Source: Balanoglossus misakiensis
Taxonomy: Eukaryota; Animalia; Hemichordata
DNA: 64,000 nt
Assembly: GCA_040954595.2 (NCBI GenBank)
Contig: CM082592.2
Location: forward strand, 9,659,677-9,723,676
Reading direction: 5' to 3'
Each line of letters begins with the position of its first letter. Position 1 is the first letter of the stretch. Of the stretch, positions 11,612-25,289 are shown piece after piece. Made by a program: the position numbers and the translations under genes. The notes under the pieces were generated by a model that saw nothing but the letters and a program-made list of their open reading frames with translations, was not told the origin of the DNA and did not search any database.

Positions 11612-14600
11612 CTGAAAGCGCACAAAATAGAAAAACATAAGATATTACAGACAGACTCACTCCCGAAAATATACACGGTGTGCGCCCTTATCCGTCGCTG
11701 GCCTTGCATCGTTCAAAACATTAAACTCCGAGTCGCTACAGGCGCATACAACAGTACCGTGACTTATCTGTTCGCACAAAACTAGACCTGAATACCTTGT
11801 GGCCATTTTAATTAATAAACCTCCGTCAACGAGGCGGGGGTAGTTCCTGCTAATCTACACGTAGGATGCGGATCCATAGGTGTACAATCTATCCTTTGGC
11901 CCACGCGCGAGAAATGTTTCAGATATAATGGATTAGAAATTTGTCGAAACATGACTGTTGCAAAATAAAGAATTTTGGACGAAATTTATAGAAAAATTTG
12001 ATTTTTTGGTCTGGAATATCAAATATCTCAGATATCGTTGCCTGAGCTGACATTAATATTTTAGTGTCTTCATAAATAGAAAGAATATTTCAGGTGACAT
12101 GAATAATATATATGTCTTAGGCAGAATGCTATTAACAGCTAATCTACTTTTGTGTGAACCTAATGTGGCCCTGTGTTTAATTTTTAAAGAGTGATGAACG
12201 CGCCCGGGGTGAACGCGATAGCTGAGAAGACTCCTACATGACCTTACATCCTCGTACTTCCGTTGGGAAGAATCCACCAGGTTGACTAAAATCTCTACAA
12301 ATACTCTATATTTGCATCTGTAAATAATAAATTATGTCCGGAGTTACAAAAGTGACATCTTTTCATGCAATATTTTTGTCTCTAAATGTTGAATTTTAAC
12401 AACCCAATACCAACGGAAGTACAAGGATGTAGGGTCATGTAGGGGTCATGAAAGTGGCCATTATCCGCAACCACAAGATGGCGAACCGGGTCGAACCAAC
12501 AGCTGTGTTTTACCTGACATAGTAACAGCACAGGATCTTCTTGAAGGTTTCTCTGAACTGCGGCTTGCAACAGATGTAAATGACCGGGTTCAACGTACTA
12601 TTGCAGTAGCCAAGCCACACGATGGCTCCTTCCAAGACCGGGTGGATGGTACAGGAGGCACAGAAGGGCATCACTAGGTACATAACAAAGAACGGCAGCC
12701 AGCAGACGAAGAAAGCGCCCATGATTAAGGCTGTGAACACGAAAACAGTGAAAGAGGGGAAACTCGTTAGCAATCTGTGGCACTAACCAGGTCAGTGCGC
12801 AAACTAAGTAGGCAGAATAAGTATGGCGAGATTGACCTCTCAAATTTAGTCACACCATGCACACCGGCAAACATAGATAATGGCTCAGTTTGTCAAAATA
12901 GCTGCAATGCTCTCGGAATGTTTATTCCAAGGATCAGGCAGCAATTGCAATTTGTTCCATCCGTTCTTTTTGTCCCCAATGTTGAACGATAACGGTCAAT
13001 GGACCTGAAATAACGCCATTTTACTTAACCACCGTAAATATTGTATGCAGTCGGGTGGGAACGACTGATATTATTAAGATATTATAGTTCTGTGACTATT
13101 CACAACAATACATTTTTGCAACATCAATAATTCATCCAGGTCTCGCTTAAGCTATCAGTTATGTGGCAAGTGGGGAATCTTAGGTTTACTTCCTTTCCGT
13201 TATATTGATCTTCAAATGTCACAAGTTGAGTGAACATCTAGCTGCTAGGTATATACGGTCGGCGATGTTGTTCAATTGATAAAGATCACAGCAAGATTTC
13301 TAGGAGGATATCTAGGCGAGAAGACAGTGAAACTGTGTTTAAAGTGTATCGCTGTATCAGAAACGAGACTTGTTTCCGCCCCGAGCAAGACGGTACACTA
13401 TGTGTTAGATATACTCTCAGACTGATTTGTTAAATTGTGCAACTTGTTCAGTGCTGCCCATGCCGCGGGGGATTTTGAATAGTTACCGGGGTATTTAAAT
13501 CACCAACTGAATTGTTCTGAAGAACAAATTTCTTCGGTCTGAATGATCGTGGCTTCTTTTGGACATGTTCGAAACCGTTCGTCAGCCTGAGCACAGACCG
13601 TGCTTTCTCGTTCAATCGGTGGTATTCAGTCGCCGAGACTGATTCTGTTTTTCTATCAAGGATGGTCGGATGACAAGAAGTAGATGGAGAGATAGACATC
13701 AAAGAGAACGGCATTGTAGAGAGGATCTCGAAGATGATTGGTCGCGGGGACATGAATTGGGCACATGCCATGCGCAAATGTTGCCATATCAGTTGGAGCT
13801 GGACACATCATGGCATTGTTATGAGTAGACACGTTTCGGACAGGGGTAGAACAGTAAACTACATTTGGTACACAGAACAAAACTCCTGAAAACATTGCCT
13901 CAAGCTCGGTTAATGTTAATCATAATGTTAACGGTAAAGAAGTTAGCTTCATTTGCGTTTAGGCGTTTGAAGGAAACACCCATGAAAACCGTTCAAATAC
14001 ATGCATGCCCGTCGAATTGCAGCGAAAAGATACAAGAGCAAAGCCTTTGCATTTCACAGACGTAGCCTTCAGATAGAAATGGCACATCCCTTTGATGTTT
14101 GGATAAGAATTACAATAGAGATGCCGAATCAGTCGAATAGGAGATACTTAAGGCTTCAGGTACTATCTCTAGTTGTGTCGACACATTGTGTTGGGTCACG
14201 ACACGTGGTGAGCACAGCATCGAAAGTGTCATCTGATGTTACTATGACTTGTTTCCAATGTCATCAGGAACTATTGTGAGAATCGGGGATTAGAAACTGC
14301 CCCTTTAAAATGGAAATGTTACACACAGTTATTACGTACATACTAGTACATGTACATCCACTACTGTATACCCCGGAGGATGACGACCAATCAACAATCC
14401 CAACAGATTGAAAGAGTTGCCGGAATACTTAATGCTACCTTTCAATCACCCGTTCCATTAGGAAATCCTCTCGCGTACAGGTAAACATTCATCTCCCATG
14501 AAAGCTGCCCTCTTTTCCTGTAGAATGTCCGTGTCTATGTTCTATACATTTGCTAATTTGCGCCACGCGCCTAGTTATAGTTTCTCGCGCGGACGGCAAG

Positions 14601-17600
14601 TCAAGTTGTTCGTTTGAACAGCCAGACAAACACATCAGCGGTATTAGGTAATTACTTATCTTTGTACAGAAGACGCCACATGTCAAAAGTTCACGGGGGC
14701 CTTCTTTTCAGTCACATCTTCACGTGTTAACAGTGTCTCTCTATTGTGCACATCGAAGAATGAGTCCCTAATGAGTCTCTGGCTTAATAGATGGAACTTG
14801 CATCACCGGGATTTCTGCCATTTACGGATGTTCTCCTTTCTCTGTCGGTGGATGAATTTATCAGTCTGAGATCCAATAATTGCCCAATGCGCATGTGTTT
14901 TATATCTTGACTGTTTTGGTGTTGTTTTCAAGCGGTTCGACGTGCTAATTGGCGACGAAACCTAGTTATTAAATCGGATATGTGTTTGCGGGGATGTCTA
15001 ACCACGCAGAAAATTACAAAACCACCGTCACGATAATTGAAGGTGCATCCAAATATCACCACTACACACCCTCTGGGTATCCATTCGTGATGTTCATTGA
15101 GAAAGTATGTCCTTGACCGTGAACACAAAGGTTACATTTCCTGCGTTATTTCATTAAACTTTTTACTTACTAATAAACGTAAACAAATCGCCTAAAATCA
15201 TCTTTTTCTTACTGTCCATGCTAAAACATACATTACAAAGAGAGCAATTTTGAAGCCACGAATGCCTTTCTGCTCTTTAATGTAGTTTAGTGCGAACCCA
15301 AATCCAATTTGGAGACTTCATTACAAAGGGAATTATCTCGTCTGTATTGCATGCGATCACAAATGTCCGTTGCGCTTTTCGGTAACGGCGCTGAGCAGTA
15401 CTATGAGACACAGGAAATCTGAATGAAACAATAACCAGGTGCATATTCAAACCTCGGTGGTGCCCAGCAGAATATGGGGGGGGGGGGGGGGTGCGTAATT
15501 TATTTACAGGGCGTTGTGTTACAGTGTTAAAGGGTGATTGGAGAATCTCAACATGCATGTGTGAGAAACTGCGATATAATGGATGAGGTACTTCGAGTTC
15601 ACGCAGTGGTATCTGTTGCTAAGATACATATAGTATATGTACACCGATGCGCCGTTGCTTGGCATAATTGCGTATATAACACTGGGCATTATCAGTTCTG
15701 GAATCCGAAGAGTAGATTCCGCCATATTGACAAGATTAGACGTGTAAACCACATCCCTTGTATTGCGGATACTAAATTGGTTGTTTGTGGTTGAAAAGAC
15801 TGCGAGATTGCCGCGTTCCTGGGGCTTCTGTCGGCTTCACAACAGAATCCTTTCCGGTCACGGTGACGATTAATTCGCAGAAACACTCCGACGTGCGTCT
15901 TGTGCATCCGCGCTGGCGTCTCCTGATTTGCGTCAGAATGGGTGACACTCGCTCTAATCCGTGCAGATTTTCTTTCTGGTGATGATGATACAAAGCCGAT
16001 GCCTCAGCAACAAATTAACAACTAATTGCCCAAACGGCTTGAAAATGTTTTCCAAAAATGGGCGGTGCTACACAAAATGTCGTCAGCTGACAGCCGTCAC
16101 TGCATCTTGCTGACGGAATGCAAGGTGTAACATTTAACCCGGTTTAATCTGGTAAAAGCACCTCCACCAACGTTACACGCGACTCTCCTCGTATTCAACT
16201 CTTTGTTTACACACATGAACAATATTCAATTCAGCGTTGCCCGGTTATTGAAAAATTCAAATGGGTGATTTCACCCGCGGTCTTTAGGCAATTTTTGACA
16301 GCAATTTGGAAATAGCTTTGTACATGTCAAACGACATGAAGTATGAATTGAGATTTGTTCATAGCCGAATTTCACTCGAATTCGTTATTATTTACATTTT
16401 CGTGTGTGCACTTACGGAAGTAACATCTGTGCTTTATGGCTATTAATTTATATAATGTTTCATCCTGTTCAATCGCGAATTATGCATAAACACACCTAAA
16501 TAGATCATTTTAGGCTCAGAACTGCTATTTAGCTGGGCTGCACGAACGCATTGATGAAAAACATGAAAGCTGGACTACAAAACAGTTTATAGTTGAATAC
16601 TCGAAAAATGTGAACAGTGTTTCCATAAGCACCAATCACACGTTGAAACAGAGATTTGCTTTAGATTCTTTCTTCTGTACAATGTACTTAAAGAACTTCT
16701 GAGCTGTTGGAGAAAATCAATCACAGAGAGTATTTGACTATATTCCCGCAGGGCTTCTGTTTATCTCGTTTCAAGCGTTCGTTTCTCGTTGCATTTCTTG
16801 TGTGTTGCATTTGTGTCCTGTATCATACCAGACGCTGGTATCCCCCCACATCACGATTTCTATCATATGCTTGTCGATAATCAAGCCACGATGATGCTTA
16901 ACGTCGCCAAATCGTCTGGCTGGCTTGTAAGTTGTATCGGAACTTCCCCGGTGATGTTTTTCAGACATTGTTAAGAGCTTGTTGCTGGTCAAAAGGCCAC
17001 CATTATAAAACAGGAGGAAATCGGTGCAAGTGACTTTTCATAATCTCGAGGCTCGGAAGTTCGAGACTTCGGATCCTCTTTGAAGACGCCAAGAGCACAG
17101 ACCTTCGACCTTCGACCTCATATGCTAGTGAGGCTACCGAATGGTGTAGTAAAACAAAACGATAGAGTATGCGCAAAAGGTACAACCGTATCATGCTTTA
17201 TAATCTTACGAATGTTTCCCTTTGACGCAATTCTCATTAAACATTTATACTCCATAGAGTGCCATCAGTTACTGTATATAAAGCTTTGAGCAGATTCAGA
17301 ATACCAAATATCTGGATTGATGTCCATTTTAATTCCATACAATATCAATTCACATGTTATGATGCAAAGCATTTTATGGCTGCATTTGTCGAATAGGTGT
17401 AGTTGTTAACGATTACGATTGTAAGGTCCGATTTCTATTAGACGGTTTTGATGATCCAACTTTGAGCTTTGTGCCTGGGGTCTGAGGGTGGCTGCACCTG
17501 AATAGAAGCTCGGAAGCAGATTCACGGGGATCGCTGATCTCAGAACACTCTGAGGAATTCTGAAAAGTCAACTGACTCAACCTAGCTTACTGTCCACTGG

Positions 17601-20600
17601 GGCCTCTATTGTGCAGTCTTCCCAAATGGCCCAATACTAATAACAGCACAGTATTTAGTAAGTTAAGCCGGTCTATTTTTAAGCTAGGGTGGCCTACATG
17701 TAATTAGATTGCAGTCAATGTAACCTAAATAATTATGTGTTTCCAATATATCGATATCATAACTGTGTGCAGTCTTTGTACAAGAAAATTAGGTTTCCTG
17801 ACAGCTAGGTTAATGAAGTGACCTCCCCCAACCGCCAGTACAAGATGACGGTCAATGCGTCATGAGTCATTCGATATCCATAGAAAGACGTTTAAGTGTT
17901 CCTATATCTTGTTCGCGTTTCGACATTTGACGCCGAATGTCTCTGTGCTCTGTTTTCTTTTTTGATTGACATACAAAACATTTCCATGGACAATCATCAT
18001 AGGTTCCTCCTTTGTTGGCACAGCTAACTTGCTTAGAACTCCTAAAATGTGATTTTTGACGCGCACTCTATTTGAAAGCGACTGACAATAACAATCCATT
18101 ATTAGAATATAGGAACTCGGAAACTGAATTAGGGTGGATTTTTTTTCCCTTTGACAGCCAAGATGATGTTCAACGTGTGAGACAGCCTGACTTGCGAGCA
18201 GGTCAGAGGTCAACAGAGAGATGGTCCGTGAAATGCGTCTGTCCCAATTACCGACGCTTGCTCGACTTCGCTGACATAAAACACTTGACTTTTCGCGAGT
18301 ACGACTACAGTTAGGACCAGTTGCCTGATGAGACGGTGCAGTGGTGCATTTTCGCAAGTTCCAAGAAACAAAGATGCCAATATTCCCGCGGTCGTCACGG
18401 AATGCCAAATGCCAAAACAAACATCTACACCATGTCTTCTACGTACCCATCAATATGCCCGGCAGCACATGCAGCTCGTCTCCAGACGCAATTATCTCTT
18501 TCCAAGAATTCAGCAACTCGAACGTTTTCAGCGTTAAGTTACACGTCACTGGGATATTACGCAGCGTCTCCGAAAGACTGCTCGAGGTTTTGCATTCCGC
18601 TTAGTTTTCATTAACACCCTTCTGATAATTGTGTTCGAATTGTTCCATTTCCTCGGGACAATATAACGCCACACTCGCTTCCGATACACTCAACACCAAA
18701 CGGGATATTAAATTAAACAACAGGCACGCCCTTCTATACTGGTTACACACGCTAACTATACTTTTATCACAACGTGTTTCATATCAGAAACATTGTTAAT
18801 ATGCGGGGCGGTTACACGTTATCCGGTTTTGGTGTACCGAGTGAGATATAAACCCATGTCAGCCGTCATGCCTAACCTTGACGTTTTGTCACTATTTAAA
18901 TCATTTCATTTTGCGCACAATAAACAAGGACACAGACAGATCTCTACGACAACTGTAGTTAGCCAGATACATTGACAGTTACATCTATACACTTTACGCG
19001 GTGATGTTTTAATCGCTTTGCTTTCATTGTGAAGGCAAACGATTACTGATTCGGTCAATGCATCTCACCATGTATGTTTTCTCTATTATTTCACAAATCA
19101 ATATGCAGTAAAATACCCGCATAATAAGAATGGAATGAAATGCACCCAGAGGCTTTTTACCACGAGTGCCACATGGTTACATGTTTACTCAAGCAAAGAC
19201 CGTGACTTATTATCATTAACATTCGGTGCAGTACTAAGTTAGCCTCCACTCTTATTTTTAATTTTCCTCCATAAAGTTAACATAGAGTAAGGTGGCCATT
19301 TTGATTTTAAAATTCAGACAAGTTTTCTCTCTCATTCAGAATTTCACACGGTGACCCACGATTGTTATTCTCAATTAATTTTTAAAAGAGAATAATCTAA
19401 AGTTGCCGCGTGTGTTGTAATTAGGACGGTCTGCAGTTGAAAGGAAAGTCTGTTGAAGATAACCATTAGGCGCATTATATATTGGGGAAACCTGTTTTCC
19501 TTCCCAAAGGTCAAGATAGACGCTGACAATTTGCCTCCGTTTTAAAGAGCGCGTCGGACTAAAAGAGGTGCTGTCATGGAGAATGAATATCTGTCGATGT
19601 TAATTTGTTGTGTCGGATGGGTAGGTCATTAGCCGCTCACGAAACGCGATACCCAATTTCTGTATTAAACGGCCTTTTTGAGTCTAAAGGTTAAGTGATA
19701 CGTGTAAATTGGTGATAGGCTCTCTGGCAAATGACGCATTAGGGACGGACAACACAAAAAAGAGATACAACTCTCATGTTAGATTCTTGTGGAGGCTTAT
19801 ATCTGTATGTATACCATCGGAGTGCGCAATGAAAGAAAGATTTCAATGCCGTGATAATACTTATATAACCATTGCAGTATGCATGGAATATTCCCCTAAA
19901 GCCTATCCCGCAACAAGGTGCCTCCATAGTGAACCCTTTTAGGATGAAATAAAACACAAGAGACAGGGGAAAACTTACGCAGATTCAATTAAGGAAAACC
20001 ACTTTCTCTGATAGGCTTGAGACGTGAAATCAAATTCCTCAAATATACTAACTGATGCATTTAGACAAATTCTTAAAGTAATAAGATATACAAAAGTGAA
20101 ATATCAAGCAAACGGCCCTAGATCCTCTAAAGCGATCATCGTCCCATTGTATACCAGTCTCACGTCTAGCGAGTTATAAAAAGTACTTTAGAATCGATGC
20201 TTTCAAGTTCTGGTACAAGAATGTACGTGGAATATATATATTAAGTTAATGAAATGTCACTCTGTGTGTCTAGTGGTGAAACTACTTGAAAGTTCTCATT
20301 GCTGATGGTACAATGTGTTTTCCTGTTATTGAAACTCCATAGAATGCGAAGCAATCCAAAATACATAGATGTTGTACGGCGTTGGAGTGTCTATCTCATT
20401 CAATTTAATATAATGCAAAGTCCTAAAAGGTTACCGTATCTAGAAAATAGCACATGTACATCTTGATTGTGTCATGAATGGCAATTGCTTAGAAAGTTCA
20501 GAAGTGCTTTGACCTAGGAGCAGATATAACATCTGGCCTCGACAGGAATATTGATCGCAATCACATGAAGTCCAGTAGTTTACCTGGTACGATTAAGCGT

Positions 20601-22117
20601 ACTAAGTAGTTACAAGTGTCGTACGCAAACTACCGGAGTATTTCCCGTGAGTCTAGGGGTGGTTTATTTGGACTGCCAATTCTGCGATTTCCAAGCGTAG
20701 GTTGGTCAAATGGAAAAGCAGCGCCTAAGTGCATTCTTCACCGTCCTCCGGATGTTGTTCATTAACAGAAGCGTTACCTACATGGCGGTAGTAGGCCGGA
20801 GAAAATGTACCAATTCCAATGGAATTCTAATGAACTTCAACCCGGAAGCATGATGATGTAGGTTATCACGATTATTAAGGACTCTGGGCATGTTGGTTTC
20901 TTTTGTTAGAAGTTCCATTGAGACCGCAATACCTTAAGCCCAGCTTTGCAGATTAAACTAATAAAAAATCGCGCTTTCAAAATGTTAACTTTTGCGACCA
21001 GCACACTCACCCGGAAGCGCCAATTCTGATTACCTTAAATAGGTTTTTACTTCGTGCTAGGGGGTCAAATCACATTACAACAATTGCATTCTGGGTAAAA
21101 GGTCGACAACTCACTGTAATAAGACTTTGAAGAAATTGGTATGTGGAAATATTTCGAAAATAATTGAAGTTGAAACCTACCTAAAGTCTTCGCAGTCTTA
21201 CGTTCTGCTGCTTTGATTGGGTCTGTTTTATTAGCGATTCTCAGTTTACATAATCTGAGCACCTTCGATTCCTCTTCGTTCCTTCTCGTCTTCGGCCTCG
21301 ACGTGAACTGAGGAGAATTTGTGTTGCCCGAGCTGCTATTGTTAGTGTTATTCAGATGCATTAACTTCGTTGAAGATGCAACATTAGCACCGAGCGATGC
21401 CCGTCGCCGGAATTCGGCACCGCGTTTGGATATGCGATAAATCTTGCAGTACACGACTGTGAGCACTAGGACGGGTATGTAGAAGGACCCGAAGGACGAA
21501 TATATGATGTAGATGTAGTTTTGATTGTGCTCGCAACTGAACGGGTCGGCGTTGCGCTTGGGCCAGCCAAACATGGGCGGGCAGGCGATGAGGAACGAGG
21601 CCGTCCACACCACGGCTATCATCACCGCCGCCCGCCTCGACGTCTGCTTCGTGGCGTACTTCAGCGGTGACGTCACCGACCAGTAGCGGTTCAGGCTGAT
21701 GGCACACAGATTCAGGATGGACGCCGTGCAGCAGCTGACGTCGAGAAAGATGAAGACGTCACACAGCCGCTTGCCGTAGTACCACTGCCCGCCGTTCAGC
21801 TGGACCAGCAGCGCCAACGGCATCACGCTTATCGCCAGGATCAGGTCGGCGGCCGCCAGCGACGCGAAGAAATAGTTGTTGAAACTCCGGAGCTTTGTCT
21901 CAAGAACCACGGAGATGATGACCAAGGCGTTGCCCAGAAATGTGGCGAGGATCATTAGAGACAGGAGAAAACCAGTCACGATTGTCTGCCAGGGTTGTTC
22001 AGTAGACAACGATGCGTTGCCCGAACTGTTGCCAATCTCCCAGGACCCGTTGTCGAAATCGCTGATTTCGTTAAAATAGAACCAGGCAAGCAGGTCTTTT
22101 TCCCCAGTGTCAGCCAT
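11002..22117 (-). CDS. Biogenic amine class A GPCR (tyramine/octopamine-alpha/alpha2-adrenergic-like); long form 587 aa, short form 385 aa
   Basis: Exon 22117-21181 covers the N-terminus to ICL3, with donor G|GTAGGT. Exon 12730-12514 covers TM6-TM7-helix 8. Exon 11611-11002 is the C-tail. Phases match (1, then 2). Motifs: TM1 GNALV, TM2 SLAAADL, TM3 amine-binding Asp in LDVSCCTASILNLCAISLNRY, TM5 YSSFGSFYIP, ERKTAKTL, TM6 CWLPFFVMY, TM7 WLGYCNSTLNPVIY. Exact subfamily needs a phylogeny. Confidence 0.92.
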
Positions 22118-22948
22118 CTTTGCTAGAACACACAAGAAAATAAATAGATTAAATTACTTGTGGGATAAATGTTTGTGGGATACATTCTTTTATTTGTCAA
22201 ATTTATATATGCCATAATAAAGGGATCTTTATATTTTCATCAATGTTATGGTGAAAATGTAAGAGTACAGCGCATAGCAACACTGGATAGACAAATCGCG
22301 AATCAATACCACGCGGGCGATTCTTATCCCCTTTCCCAGTTGTTCATTTTACACGACAGAGGCCGATGAAAGCGAATGAGTCGTCACGGTGTTAAGCGTT
22401 CCGTGAACGTAAATCAGCAATCACGACTGCGGAGACCAAGGAGAAGTGACTCCGGGAATAACACGCAACTGTAAATCGCTGGTATTAATCTGTTATCGCG
22501 CCAAAAAAAACGCCGATCCGTTACCACAAGGCGGGCGATAGGTCCCAACACCTGTAAGCTTATACAGACACATAAATCAAACTCAAACTTACTCAACTTA
22601 CTCGTCTTCGCCAGGAATCATTCCTCACACCTTTCCCACGTCAGTCCATCTCTCAGATGCGACTGAATATTCCCGCACAATGGCTTTCGTTCCCGACGCA
22701 AAATATTTGTACGCATCTCTGCATTATCATATCCATATCATAGAAAAGGGACGCCACCTACACAGCCTCCAGCTGCTCAAAGCGACTGAGTTGAAATGTA
22801 GAGATGAGCCTTTCGTCGCACGTTGTGCAAGGCCGTCAGGGGGGCGTGGCTTAGCTACGCTCAGCCCGGAGACATCATGTATTATTGCAACGCATTCAAT
22901 ATTCAGGTATAGGTTGCCATGCTTACGTAGGTGTTTGGGTAGAAGAGG

Positions 22949-23023
22949 TGTGTGTGAGAGAGAGACAGAGAGACAGAGACAGAAACAGAGACAGAGAGAT
23001 GCACACATAGAGACAACAGAGTG
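22949..23023. repeat. (TG)/(GA)/(GAGACA) compound microsatellite upstream of the GPCR
   Basis: Visible run: tgtgtgtgagagagagacagagagacagagacagaaacagagacagagaga... Confidence 0.8.
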
Positions 23024-25177
23024 AAACAGACGTTAGACAAGCCCGGGGGGTCAAGGGCAGGAATAGTGTGACAAGCCGACACCATAAAGCAGATGATATG
23101 AAGCTGATGAAGCAAAAATAACAACACGTGCTTAAAAGAAAGAAATCAATCGAACTAAATAAACGATAAACACAATTTATGACTAGGTCAAAGTAGCTGA
23201 GAAAGTTCGCATGAGTATTTTGTTATCGCAATTTAAACAAACTAACTATAGTTTCTCTTTTAAAAATCTGAGACACTGTTTTGCTGACAATATAATACAG
23301 GGCTCAGAATGCTTTGTTATACTGACCTTTGGCTGTATGAGACGACATTTTACGTTTTCGAGTAATTTACTTGGTCGACACAAACCTAATTATTTACCTG
23401 AAGACAGATTCAGTCAGCATGGCATGCGGGGAGTACCACGATTCACTTATTATACTCCGCCTGCGTTGCCTGATGTTTCAGCTGTAGTTAATGTCGTATG
23501 CTGGCTCTTTTGTGTGTGACTTATACTGCGAGGCATTTTCTGAATTCGGGAAAAGTCACCTCCATTAAACAGCGGGCCAATTCGGAGTAGGCTAGACTAG
23601 TTCCGTTTGTTGAGGGACGCAATGCTTGAAGTAACTTTCTGACGCTGATGATGTACGCAAGAGATTTAGCAATCATTTAAAATCCGTTTGCAAATCGACT
23701 CGTGTACGTTGCGGGAGCTATGTGCAGACGGTCGCGGCGGCATTGAACAGCTGATGACAACTGAGAACGTTACACGGGTCCTCTTCGCGCATCCCCATTA
23801 AACACAGAGAGAACATATTCGAGGAATTACCAAAGATGTCTCAATTTCTACCAGACAATCCTACAGACTAATAATGGCTTGGGTTAATTCCCACCAGATT
23901 CCTTGGAAAGATACCTGATTGCGTTCTCCATTTGCGTGTGATTGACAGATCACTTCAATAAGCGAATGATGTACTTTCAAACACCTTACTAAGATAAGAT
24001 TGGGTGAAATTTTATCATCTCCGGATTGGTTTCAGACGTAGCTTAGAAATCTCTTAAATCTCTCTGAATATCATAGGCATCTAAATTAAAGTCAACTGCT
24101 GATTCTAACTGAATCTGGCTTGTATTATAGATACTTTTATTTTTGCCAGCCTCTTCAGACAATCTTTTTTTCTTTATTTCAGTACAACTAATTTCTTCTC
24201 GGTGTATTCTAATCACAATCTCCTTAAGCTCTCCCTGATATCTTCATCTCTATATACAAACCATATTAATGCAGGTTAATGTACTGAGTGAGACTCTAAA
24301 ATGAGGTCTGCACGACTTTGTGCGTGGATCAACATCATATTTCCTCGGTCTCAAGGAAAACAACACGCGCCTATGGCAGATATGATGCATGTAAACGCGG
24401 GATCAGCTCAATATTGCACCGGGCTTGGGAGTTATTATTTATTTATTTTATTTTATTCCTGCAGTGTTACATTATTTGAAACGGAGTGGAGGCGTTTAAA
24501 TTTGTCCTCGACCGAATGAACTCCCATTCTAGACACTTGGCCTACGGTGAGAAGCGGACTCTTGAAGAGATTTCATCAAAATGTTCTCCATAAATCTACG
24601 CAGACTATCACATGATATAAAATAAGATTATGTAATCAGTTTTACGGCTATAGCATAGCAAATACGCCTTCCATTTTGGTGCATAGTTATGATGAATTAT
24701 TTGATGAAAAATTGTCGAATATGGCAGATCTACAAATTACAGCAGACGAAATTGTCTTCATCTTTTACCACTTTTTCTGCTCAGATGGATTTCCTTTTAA
24801 TAATGATAATTTTCCACACATATTCGGAAAGGTTTAAATTCGTGGGCGCAAAACCTTTTACCACATCTAGTTGGTGACCACGACTTCAGTGTTGATGACT
24901 ATCCCTGCTTTCGTGTCGCTTGCAGCTCAAAAGGTAGCCCGCCCTCTACTTTTACATAATGCATGATCAGCGGTAAGATCTCCATCACGAATGTTGTCTA
25001 GTTCATACCCGTATGTCAACTTGCCTTCTGTATTGCTTCCATGGGCGAGACTTTGTTTTGCAATGTTGGATTACAGAGTCTGAAAAGAGATCATAACGGC
25101 TAATACTTCCCCGCGGTAACAGAAAATGTCGTGAAGAACTGCTTCGGAATGGGAAAAGGGAAGTATGCCATGGATTA

Positions 25178-25289
25178 GGAACATTTCATTTAGAGTATGA
25201 GGGTAGGCCGTAGGATTTTGGGGATCGCATTTAAGGGAACGACTGACCCCAGTTTCCTCCGACCCACCCCCTATGAAATGAAAGCTCCC
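25178..25289. mobile_element. Possible degenerate PIF/Harbinger (Tourist-like) MITE, 112 bp
   Basis: Imperfect terminal inverted repeats GGAACATTTCATTT / AAATGAAAGCTCCC match at 11 of 14 positions. TTA flanks both ends (25175-25177 and 25290-25292), the typical PIF/Harbinger target-site duplication. Confidence 0.4.

Noticed and set aside
11219-11785. 188-aa plus-strand ORF
   Set aside because: It is the antisense shadow of the GC-rich GPCR tail exon and has no recognisable domain.
13448-13777. 109-aa minus-strand ORF in the GPCR intron as a possible alternative ICL3 exon
   Set aside because: The candidate acceptor gives phase 2, but the upstream exon ends in phase 1, and no homology is recognisable.
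15475-15491. Poly-G run
   Set aside because: A simple homopolymer with no further structure.
17902-18614. Cluster of overlapping ORFs (up to 172 aa)
   Set aside because: No transposase, RT or other motifs and no consistent exon chain.
19240-19385. AT-rich segment with GGCCATTTTGA and CACGGTGACCC resembling a decayed dispersed repeat (similar impression at ~31200-31540)
   Set aside because: No termini or second copy could be shown within the window; it needs a repeat library.
21065-21180. C-terminal part of the 356-aa GPCR ORF (GRFQLQLF...)
   Set aside because: Read-through into the intron past the donor at 21180; TM6-7 lie in the exon at 12730-12514. The gene is not a truncated pseudogene.
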